NCBI GenBank assembly: GCA_963745835.1
Contig: CAVUZH010000025.1
Location: forward strand, 32,001 to 96,000
Length of the DNA stretch: 64,000 bases
Reading direction: 5' to 3'
Source of the DNA: an uncultured delta proteobacterium
GTDB lineage: Bacteria > Desulfobacterota > Binatia > UBA9968
Positions 29,805 to 38,504 of this stretch are shown piece by piece. Under the pieces are notes generated by a model that worked only from the letters and a program-made list of their open reading frames with translations, made no database searches and was not told the DNA's origin. The translations under genes and the position numbers were made by a program. Each line of letters begins with the position of its first letter. The first letter of the stretch is position 1.

Positions 29805-30812
29805 ATGATCATTGACGTGCACGGGCATGTTTCAGCGCCCACCGAGCTGTGGGCTTACAAGGCGGGTCTGCTGTCGCATCGGGGAGCCCATGGGCGCGGC
29901 GAGGTTAAAGTCACCGACGACGAGATTCGGGCTGCCGCGAATCGGGCAGAGACCTGGCCCAAAGGCCACCTCGATTATCTGCGGGATCACGGAACCGACC
30001 TGCAGCTCATTTCCCCGCGGCCGTTTCAGCTGATGCAATCAGAAAAGCCAGCGAAGCTCGTCCAATGGTTCGCCGAGGAATGCAACAATATTATCCATCG
30101 CCAGATGAAGCTTTTCGCCGGTAAATTCTTGGGCGTTTGCGCGCTGCCGCAAACCGCCGGGGATCCCATCGAGAAGGCCATCCCCGAACTCGAGCGTTGC
30201 ATAAAACAATTAGGATTCGTGGGCTGTTTGCTCAACCCTGATCCCTATGAAAACGGCGGCTCGGAAGCGCCCCCGCTGGGCGATCGCTACTGGTACCCGC
30301 TCTATGAGAAGCTGTGCGAGTTGAACGTTCCGGCTCATATTCACGGCACTACTTCACGTTCCGATCGTACGCCGTATTCGGTGCATCTGATCAACGAGGA
30401 GACCATCGCCGTCTACGGGCTGGTGAACTCAAACGTCTTTAAAGATTTTCCTTCTTTGAAGATCGTCGTCAGTCACGGCGGCGGCTCGATTCCTTATCAG
30501 TTGGGGCGATTCGAAGCGCCGACACTGAGGCGCGGTACGGGCGAGCGCTTTTCGACGCGGCTGCGAAATCTTTACTTTGACACCGTTCTATACACCGAGA
30601 ACGCGCTGGCTCTACTGATCAAGACGGTAGGAGCGGATCGATGCCTGTTCGGCACCGAATGTCCGGGTGTGGGTTCGGCCGTCAATCCAGAGACCCGGCA
30701 GTCGATGGACAACGTGCGCGCCATGATCGACAACATTGAATGGTTGACGGAAGCGGATCGAAAACAAATTTTTGAAGATAATGCCCGAGCGGTCTTCAAT
30801 CTGAAAGGCTAA
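29805..30812 (+). CDS. ligY: LigY-like amidohydrolase (meta-cleavage-product C-C hydrolase)
   Basis: MIIDVHGHVSAP.ELWAYK, LLNPDPYENG..EAPPLGDRYWYPLYEKLCEL and FGTECPGVGS match my recollection of Sphingobium SYK-6 LigY. Confidence 0.75.
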   Translation: MIIDVHGHVSAPTELWAYKAGLLSHRGAHGRGEVKVTDDEIRAAANRAETWPKGHLDYLRDHGTDLQLISPRPFQLMQSEKPAKLVQWFAEECNNIIHRQMKLFAGKFLGVCALPQTAGDPIEKAIPELERCIKQLGFVGCLLNPDPYENGGSEAPPLGDRYWYPLYEKLCELNVPAHIHGTTSRSDRTPYSVHLINEETIAVYGLVNSNVFKDFPSLKIVVSHGGGSIPYQLGRFEAPTLRRGTGERFSTRLRNLYFDTVLYTENALALLIKTVGADRCLFGTECPGVGSAVNPETRQSMDNVRAMIDNIEWLTEADRKQIFEDNARAVFNLKG

Positions 30813-30866
30813 ACGGGCAATTCCTGGCGATCCAATTCATGAATATTGACCGATGGAGAGACGGAT

Positions 30867-32111
30867 ATGTTTTCTCGAGAGGAAAATGAATTCCTCACGC
30901 GAGTAGCGCCCGGCACACCCGTCGGAAATTTGATGCGCAGTTATTGGATCCCGGCGCTGCTGTCGGAGGAAATTTCAGCGGCCGATTGCGACCCTGTCAG
31001 AGTGAGGCTATTGGGTGAAGACCTGGTCGCCTTTCGCGACAGCAACGGGGAAATAGGTCTCTTAGACGAGCACTGTTCGCACCGGGGAACATCGCTTTTT
31101 TTCGGGCGCAATGAGGAGTGCGGTCTGAGGTGCATTTATCATGGATGGAAATACGACGTCGAAGGCAATGTCTTGGAGACGCCCGCCGAGCCCGCCGACA
31201 GCGATTTCAAGAAAAAGATTCATCACACGGCCTATCCTTGTCATGAAACGGCCGGTATCGTCTTCACCTATATGGGGCCGCCCCGGAAGAGGCCCTTGAT
31301 GCCGGCGTATGAGTGGGTCAGCCTGCCTGCCGATCGCATGCATGTCGTCAAGGCCTATCTGGATTGTAACTACCTCCAAGGGATCGAAGGAGATTTTGAT
31401 TCATCGCACACGAGCTTTCTTCATTGCAACAATTTGGCGGACCTCGCGCGGCTCAATCGCGACGGCGCTCCGGCGTTGGAAGCAGAAGCGACGGAGTACG
31501 GGATGAGGGCGATATCGATTAGAAAACTCTCAGCGGACCAAAGCTATGTCCGGATCAGCCCGTTTATCTTGCCCGCTTTTAGCATCGTTCCCGGTCCCGC
31601 CACCGCTAAGTTCGAGGAGCATGATAGCCGCGCGTTTCGCTTCTGGATTCCCCGTGACGATACCAGCACCTGGTTTTATATTTTGACTATGCGCGATGCG
31701 CCGTTTTCAGACGATGAGAGAGCGGCGGCGCGGCGTTGGGTGGATTCGAATTACCGGAGAGTTCGTAATGCCGGCAATGACTATTTACAAGATCGGGAGC
31801 TTCAAAAGACGCGAAGTTATTCAGGCATCAAGGCCGTTATCCCCGCGGAACAGGATGCCTGCGCGACCGAGAGCATGGGACCCGTTTACGATCGTACCCG
31901 TGAGCATCTCGGTTACAGCGACAAGACAATTATCGCCTTGCGTAAGACTCTGCTGCTGGCCGCCAAGTCGGTGCAAGAAGGGCGCGAGCCGCCGCACGTG
32001 ATCGTAGATGGAAAAGATAATGACTTCTCTCGGCTGCGAGCGGTCAAGGGTGTGTTGCCGGCGAATAGTTCCTGGCGCGAGCTGGCGGAATCGGAAAAGG
32101 TGACCGTATGA
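30867..32111 (+). CDS. Rieske non-heme iron oxygenase (phthalate dioxygenase / LigXa-like)
   Basis: CSHR...CIYHGW Rieske motif, EGDFDSSHTSFLH mononuclear-Fe motif, EQDACATESMG, EHLGYSD. Confidence 0.9.
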   Translation: MFSREENEFLTRVAPGTPVGNLMRSYWIPALLSEEISAADCDPVRVRLLGEDLVAFRDSNGEIGLLDEHCSHRGTSLFFGRNEECGLRCIYHGWKYDVEGNVLETPAEPADSDFKKKIHHTAYPCHETAGIVFTYMGPPRKRPLMPAYEWVSLPADRMHVVKAYLDCNYLQGIEGDFDSSHTSFLHCNNLADLARLNRDGAPALEAEATEYGMRAISIRKLSADQSYVRISPFILPAFSIVPGPATAKFEEHDSRAFRFWIPRDDTSTWFYILTMRDAPFSDDERAAARRWVDSNYRRVRNAGNDYLQDRELQKTRSYSGIKAVIPAEQDACATESMGPVYDRTREHLGYSDKTIIALRKTLLLAAKSVQEGREPPHVIVDGKDNDFSRLRAVKGVLPANSSWRELAESEKVTV

Positions 32112-33226
32112 GTGACAGATCGACTTTCGCTCGGAGTATTTGTCACTGTTTCACCATGCCGGCGGCATCACCGTATCGCGGCATCGGTTTCATTGCACTT
32201 GCAATGGCATTCTTTCTAACCGGCCCCTACTTCGCGTCCGCGCAGACGTCTTCCTCGGCTAGACTGCAAAAAGCGGTGGCTATGGTCGGCGCGCGCAGCG
32301 GAGCCTCTTGGCCGCTTTGGTTGGCGAAAGACGGCGGCTATTACCAGAAACACGGCCTCGACGTCGAGCTGGTGTATGCGGTTCACCCGGCGCCCATGGC
32401 AGCCGTGATCAGCGGCCAGGCGGTGATGACTTCCACAGGGGCCGATCTAGGCTTACTTGCAGCCTTCAGAGACCCATCGTTGACTCTGAACGGGAGCTTC
32501 TTGAACAAAGGCAGTTTCGCCATGGTCGCTGCAAAAAATCTGAGTCGCATGGAACAACTTTCCGGCAAGAAAATCGGCATCGGCAGAGTCGGCGACCCTC
32601 CTTATTACATGAGCATCAGCCTGCTGGAAAAATTCGGCGTGACGGCCCGGGACGTACAATGGGTTTCGATCGGTGTGGACGCCGCCGCGCGCGCCGCTGC
32701 GTTGCAGGGTGGCCAAGTCGATGCGGCTCTCGTTACCGCGCCGTCTTATTTTCGGCTGGAAGCCGCTGGTTATCCGATTCTCGCGTCGGTGGCGGATTAT
32801 GAGGACATTTATGTTTCAACCTATCATTTGTTCCGGAAAGAAACGGTTTTAAACACACCGAAGATCGCCGAAGCTTTCATCAAAGCCCACAGCGAAGCCA
32901 TCAAGCGTTTTTACGATGATAAACCCTTCGCGGTTCAGACAATTTTTAAATATGGCGCCGCCCGGGATCAACAGGACGGAAGCAAAGTCTACGAGCTGTT
33001 CAACAAGAGCCGCAGTTTCGAACCGGTGCCCTACGTTCTCAAGGATTCGGTAAAAGCTGTCGTAGAGCGGCAGAGCCAGGCGCAACCGCAAATAAAGCAG
33101 TTCGACTTTTCGAAGGTCATCGACAACAGCATTGTCGACCGGCTTGCGAAAGAGGGATTTTTTCAGCAGATCTTCGGATCATCGATTAGAGAGTTGCAGC
33201 AGAAGCGTAAGTCGCAGTCTTTTTAG
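32108..33226 (+). CDS. ABC-type substrate-binding protein (NMT1/SsuA-like)
   Basis: GYYQKHGLDVELV, ALQGGQVDA, IDNSIVDRL; ATGA overlap with the Rieske gene. Confidence 0.87.
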   Translation: MSDRSTFARSICHCFTMPAASPYRGIGFIALAMAFFLTGPYFASAQTSSSARLQKAVAMVGARSGASWPLWLAKDGGYYQKHGLDVELVYAVHPAPMAAVISGQAVMTSTGADLGLLAAFRDPSLTLNGSFLNKGSFAMVAAKNLSRMEQLSGKKIGIGRVGDPPYYMSISLLEKFGVTARDVQWVSIGVDAAARAAALQGGQVDAALVTAPSYFRLEAAGYPILASVADYEDIYVSTYHLFRKETVLNTPKIAEAFIKAHSEAIKRFYDDKPFAVQTIFKYGAARDQQDGSKVYELFNKSRSFEPVPYVLKDSVKAVVERQSQAQPQIKQFDFSKVIDNSIVDRLAKEGFFQQIFGSSIRELQQKRKSQSF

Positions 33227-33275
33227 TCTAGCAGGGTTCCTGAAAAAACTCTGATTGCAGGCGGCTCCAAAAGAC

Positions 33276-34217
33276 TCAGAGGCGAGAGTAAGAAAAAGAG
33301 TAGATGTTGATAAAAGAGTTAAGAAAAGAGAGAAGTAAGAGAAAGAAAGAGAAAAGAGAGAAATGGGAGATTAAAAGAAGAAAAGAGATATAAGGTAGAA
33401 AAAATAGGATAGAAGAGAAAAGAAGAAGAGAGAAGAAAGAAGAGAAGTAGAGAGAGGAAAGAAAAGAAGAAAGAAAGAGAAAAAAGGAGAGAAGGAAAAG
33501 AAAAAAAAAAATATAAAAAAAAAGAGGAGAGAAAAAAAAGAGAGAAGAGATATGAAAAAGATAAAGATGAAAAAGATAAGGAAGAGAGGAAAGAAAAGAG
33601 AGAATGAAGAAGGGAAAGATAAGAGGAAAAATATAGAGAAGATATAATAGATAAAGAGAGAAAGGAATATGAGGGAAGAGAAGAAAAAGATAGATAAAGA
33701 AGAGAGAAAGAAAAGATAAGAAGAGAAAGAAAATGAGAAAAAATAAGTTTGAGAAAGGAAAAGAAGATAAGAGAAAGAGGATAAGTAAAAGAGGAGAAGA
33801 AAATAGGTGAGATGGAGAAGAGGAGAGAAGAGAGAGAGAAGATATAGGATAGAAGGAGAGGGAAAAGAGAGAAGAGAGGGAAGAAAGGATAATAGAAAGA
33901 GAGAGAAGAAAAAGGAAAAGATAAAATAGGTATAGGAGAAAAGAAGGATAGATAAGGAGAAGAGAAGAGAATAGGAGAGGGTAAAAGAAGAAGAAGGGGA
34001 ATGAGGAAGAGAGAGAGAGAAAGAAAAGAATAAGAAGATAGACGAGAAGGGTGGATAAGAAAAAAAGAAAAGAGAATAAGAGAGAAAGAAAAGGTATAAG
34101 AAGAGAGAAGATAAGAGCCTCTAGATTCGGGATAGATTCTCTACTACCGCCCGGACGCATAGCGATATCCAGCGTAGCTTTCGATACGTCGATTCCGACA
34201 AACAAGCTCTCTACCAC
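33276..34217 (-). pseudogene. IS110-family DEDD recombinase/transposase; intact N-terminus, remainder converted purine-to-T
   Basis: GGAGG RBS, GTG start, VGIDVSKATLD. 314 codons, a typical IS110 length. Converted motifs FPFFFFYP (LPVVVVNP), FPLIFP (VPGIGP), LPYLFHL (LPELGQL), LLSFLNSF (LLTILNAM). Confidence 0.85.
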
Positions 34218-34325
34218 AATCCAATCCTCCTTCCTGTTAACCCCCTCCAGCATGGCTCAACCTTCCACATGATGCGGGCTTATCAGCCCAGGCAACTGTT
34301 CGAGCTCTCGCAGAGGCAGGACGGG
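33284..34325 (-). mobile_element. IS110-family element (damaged) inserted in a REP-like repeat
   Basis: Joined flanks (tgcaggcggctccaaaagactcagaggc | aaggcgcgcgag) resemble the 11189 repeat (tgcagctgctcaaaaagacctcaggggcaaggcgcgcgaag). Confidence 0.7.
34252..34325 (-). ncRNA. Partial IS110 bridge RNA (donor-binding-loop-like)
   Basis: CUCGAACAGUUGCCUGGGCUGAUAAGCCCGCAUCAUGUGGAAGGUUGAG immediately upstream of the recombinase resembles the IS621 donor-binding loop as I recall it. Confidence 0.55.
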
Positions 34326-34430
34326 AAGGCGCGCGAGATTGGCATATGGCTGATAGCCTATGGCGCACAGATCGAACCAAGGAAACATACGCCGTAAGCC
34401 ACCTGCCAACTATCGTTACGGAGGTGAACC

Positions 34431-35315
34431 ATGGGTAAATTTCGTATTCTATCGCACGCGCGCCTGCAAGAATGGGTCGCGGAAGAGAGCGGCTATTTCA
34501 AGCAGGTCGGTTTGGATTACGAGTTCGTTGTCAAACCGGCCGCGGGCTGGTCCGCCCATGTAGCGTCTACCGAATCGGTGCCGGAGGAAATAAAAAACGG
34601 CGCCTTCGAATCGTATGAAGCCGGCCGAGGCTGCGACGTCAGCGCCGCTTGCCATTGGGCGGTGAATATGGCGGCTTCTGCGGGACACGGCCGCATGTGG
34701 GCCCATGCCTACTCCGTCACTCCTTCAGGCATTTTCGTGCCGCCTGATTCTCCCATCGAAAAACCAGCCGATCTGGCCGGAGTCGATGTGACCGTCGGCT
34801 ATCATTCGGGCAGTCACTTTTCTACCCTGCAGGCGCTTGAGACCTTTCTCAAGCCCGAAGAGATAAAGCTCCACTTTGCCGGTCTGCCGTTAGACCGATT
34901 AGCTTTGATGGTCGATCGAAAGGTCGGGGCGGCGAGCCTGTACGGCGCTCCGATGTACGTGCTGGAGCAGCTCGGGTTCAGGAAAATTGTCGACACGACG
35001 TTCATGATCGGATTCCTGGTCGCCGCCGAGGTTAAGGACAGCGACGCCAAGCTCTACTTCGAGGCGTTGCGCCTTGCGCAGGTCGCGATCGATCTGGAAC
35101 CCGAGCGCTACAAGCATTATTTTTTGAACGAGCTGCCGGAGCGCTATCACGCCATGGTCGATGTCCGGACCTTCGGTATCGGCGAGCGGCTGGTGTTCGA
35201 GCCCTATACTCGAGAGATGTTTGAGCAAACGCATCGTTGGATGATGAACTGGAAAATGTTTCCAGCGGAGCAGTCGGGAAATTGGGCTTATGACGACCGC
35301 GGTGTCTGTAGATGA
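34431..35315 (+). CDS. Type-2 periplasmic-binding-fold protein (NMT1/DszB-like), no obvious signal peptide
   Basis: WVAEESGYFKQVGLDYEF, DLAGVDVTVGYHSGSHF; GGAGG RBS. Confidence 0.75.
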   Translation: MGKFRILSHARLQEWVAEESGYFKQVGLDYEFVVKPAAGWSAHVASTESVPEEIKNGAFESYEAGRGCDVSAACHWAVNMAASAGHGRMWAHAYSVTPSGIFVPPDSPIEKPADLAGVDVTVGYHSGSHFSTLQALETFLKPEEIKLHFAGLPLDRLALMVDRKVGAASLYGAPMYVLEQLGFRKIVDTTFMIGFLVAAEVKDSDAKLYFEALRLAQVAIDLEPERYKHYFLNELPERYHAMVDVRTFGIGERLVFEPYTREMFEQTHRWMMNWKMFPAEQSGNWAYDDRGVCR

Positions 35316-36007
35316 CCCCGCATATGAGCTACCGGGTTGGTGTTGTTGGCTGACGTTGACATCAAACCCGGGACCAACGGCGTAAATTTGTATTCGCCTC
35401 TATCCAGCCTGAAGAGGCTGTCTGCATCTCGGACTATTCAACCTATAGCGCGGCCGGCGGCGCGTCGATCGCTCAGTGTTCTTGCTCTACCATGTGTTTT
35501 TAAACTGCGTTCTGATGGGATTTAGAGCCGCCCCTTTAACCGCTTATGCCCATGAACGAGGCCGTTTTTGCTGTGCCAGAATCGGAAAGTGATTGAAGTC
35601 TTCCGCAATCCGGTCAACTCACGGATCGGGGTTGGACTGAGGAACGCGGGTAATCAATCAGTAGGAAACAAACTACATCCTTGAATCTCCAATCAGTCCC
35701 TTTCTTAGCGGCAAGGTTTTCTGTACGGCTCAGGATGATTCGGGCAGGCGGGATAATTCCCCGAGACGCAAAGGCGAGGTCCAGCGGCGAGCAACCTAGA
35801 TGGACCAGTTCCGTTGGCCAAGATCTCCTGTATTGACCAGGAGTTGAAAATTCCTGGTCTACGAGTTACCGACTCGACTAGGACTGTTTCACAGCGGGAG
35901 CTTACGGAACGACCTGGGAGGCTCCAGATAACACCAGCGTTAAGATCGTCTCAATGATCTTGCGTCTATGATGTTGGCCGGTTTAACACCGCATCGTCGG
36001 ATCGGAT

Positions 36008-36479
36008 TTACAGCCTCTCGCTATGCGTGTGTCTGTGACTGATGGCCTCTGTTCCTCGCTCCCATCTCTGTGCGACATCTTTGCAGACCCGAAATCCGAA
36101 CCGTTGATAGAACCCGGCAATGCCACTGCCATCGGTCAAGGTAACGGACACATAGTGCGACCGTTGCAGGTGCGCCAGCAGCCCACGCATACACTGGCTC
36201 GCAATCCCACGACGGCGATAGTCAGGGTGCGTGATGACATCCAACACTTGGGCCACGTACGGGTCGCCACAGACACGCGCGAATCCTACAAAGGTGCCCT
36301 CGGCCGTGTGAGCAGCGATGTAGTAGTGGCTGAGGCGCAGCATTTCGGTCGTTTCAGCCTCGATGCGTCGGTTTTGACTGTCCCAGCCAATGTATCGATA
36401 GAGGGCATTCAGTTGGGAAAGGTCAACGCTCGCCGTTTTCCGTGAAAGTGATGTCTGCTAACGACGCGTGCTCATTCAT
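36008..36479 (-). pseudogene. GNAT N-acetyltransferase with one frameshift near 36430
   Basis: VGFARV, THPDYRRRGIA, GFYQRFGF; the N-terminus MNEHASLADITFTENG is in another frame. Confidence 0.8.
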
Positions 36480-37017
36480 AGAGTACTCGGAGTATCCCTG
36501 CGGTAGTTTGTAACCGCGACCTAACGGGCAAGCGTTTCTTAGATTCATTGTCGATGCCATATTGTGATGCAGTCTAACATATCAGATGGCTTGCGGTTCA
36601 CCTCGTCGCAAGCGCCGTCCAATAATCTCACCGTAGACTTTTCACTACCCTGGGGTAGAGAAAAAACTATCCTTCAGGCGTATAGCGGTCTGACTTAAGA
36701 TCCCGCCCACTCGAAATTCTTCCGTTCACTCAACAACATACTTCATCGAGCTTCACGCCCTGAGCGTGGCACGACGGTTGCCAAAGAAAATCTGCGTCTT
36801 TTGTCTGGCCGTACACCCATTTCGATCCCCTCGTGGGCGTTGGCGTTCTCCCCTGGCTGTTTACTCAACAAGAAGAAAGGAGGTGATGTTATTGCTTGTC
36901 GGATTGGAAGATGAAGACAAAGAGGATGACTAGAGAGACAAGAAAGCACGTCACCAAAATAGCAGATGTACAGCGGGTAGTGCTTACCCTCCGCTTGTTC
37001 TGCAAACGAGAGGTCTT

Positions 37018-38345
37018 ATGAAAAAATTATTTTTGGCATTTTTCATGCTGTTGCTTTTCCTCAGTGCCGGAGGGTCGCGTATTGCCAGGGCGGATGCGGT
37101 CACCGACTGGAATGCAAACGCGGGCAAAGCCGCCATCGCCGCTTGTATATCTCCCGCTGACGACCCACTCCATGAATCACGGATGTATGCCATGATGCAT
37201 ATAGCGCTCCATGATGCGCTGAATGCCATCGACCGGCGCTCCCGTCCTTATGCGTACGATGATAAAGAGCGGGCACGCGTTTCCGTGGATGCCGCTGCAG
37301 CGGCAGCGGCCCGCGACGTCCTTGTCCAGGTCCTTGGCCAAATCTCTGCTCCTTTTCTCCCGGCGTGCATCGCTAACGGTATCGCCAGTGTGGAGGCAGA
37401 CTATACCGCTGCCCTCGCGACGATCCCGGATGGCCCTGGTAAGACTCAGGGCCTGCAGATAGGGCAGGACGCTGCCGCTGCCATCCTTGCGCTCCGCGCC
37501 GGCGATGGGTCAGACACCCCGTTAATCGATGATACCTACCCGAAGGGGATGAATGCGGGCGAATGGCACTTCACTCCAACGTCCTTCGCTTTCGCACCGG
37601 GCTCGGGAAACATTACGCTGTTCGTGCACCGCGACGGCGCCCGAGCCCGCTCGGGTCCTCCTATGCCGTCACCAGCAAGAAATACACAGCCGACTTCAAA
37701 GAGGTGAAAAGACTGGGCGGTGACGACGTAACGACACCGAGCGAGCGCACAGAGGAGCAGACTCAAATCGGTATTTTCTGGATCGAGAACTCGCCCCTGG
37801 CATGGAATCGCATCGCGCGCACCGTCTCCGCCACTGAAAAACTCGACCTGTGGGAGAATGCTGGCTGTTCGGCTTGCTCAACATGGCAATGGCCGATGGT
37901 TACATCGGGTCATTCGAAACGAAATACCATTACAGTTACTGGCGCCCGGTAACCGCTATTCGGATAGACGAATTGACGGCAGGTCGGACACAACTGGAGA
38001 TCCGACCTGGACGCCGCTGCAACTGACGTATCCCATACCTGACTACGACTCGGCGCACAGCGTTGAAGGTGGCGCAGCCGAGGAGGTTTTAAAGCGATTC
38101 TCGAGATTGACCGCATCAGGTTCATGGCTTGCAGCTTGTCACTGCCGATAGTAGAAGAGCAGTGCGGCGGCGCATCAGAGGTGCTGCGGCAGTACAAAAG
38201 CTTCTCCCAGGCGGCGGAAGAGAACGGTGAGTCGCGGATTCTGATCGGCATTCACTTTTGTGAAGGAGTCGAGGAGGAAATGAGGCATGGGCGTAAGATC
38301 GCCGACCGTGCGGTCGATGGGTTCATGGAGCCGATAAAAAAATAG
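37018..38345 (+). pseudogene. Vanadium-dependent haloperoxidase / PAP2-like secreted protein, multiply frameshifted
   Basis: DAVTDWN, AMMHIALHDALNAI, KYHYSYWRP, PIPDYDSAH and SRILIGIHF spread over several frames. Confidence 0.8.
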
Positions 38346-38379
38346 CGGCACTGCCTCCGCATCCTTATCCTGCAGTAAC

Positions 38380-38414
38380 GTAGCCCGGATTCTGGCTCGT
38401 TCCATCTGGGCTAC
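38380..38414. repeat. GTAG-type REP palindrome
   Basis: gtagcccggat ... atctgggctac. Confidence 0.55.
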
Positions 38415-38504
38415 CTTACTGCGTCACGGGTCGGCCCTACGCAGAATAACGTTTTTTGCGCGTTTCATTCGTTCACGTTCCTGTATGCCGAAATAGACGT
38501 TCCC

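Noticed and set aside
33284-34117. Simple satellite, DGR variable region or deaminase hypermutation
   Set aside because: There is no periodic unit, no RT or template repeat in the window, and the changes are transversions to T, not A-to-N or C-to-T.
33276-34253. 325-aa F/L/S-rich ORF as a novel membrane protein
   Set aside because: The composition comes from purine-to-T conversion of an IS110 gene; the frame stays open because stop codons need A or G.
35337-35920. Possible IS-end or MITE remnants and small hairpins
   Set aside because: I could not pair convincing terminal repeats or find a coding remnant.
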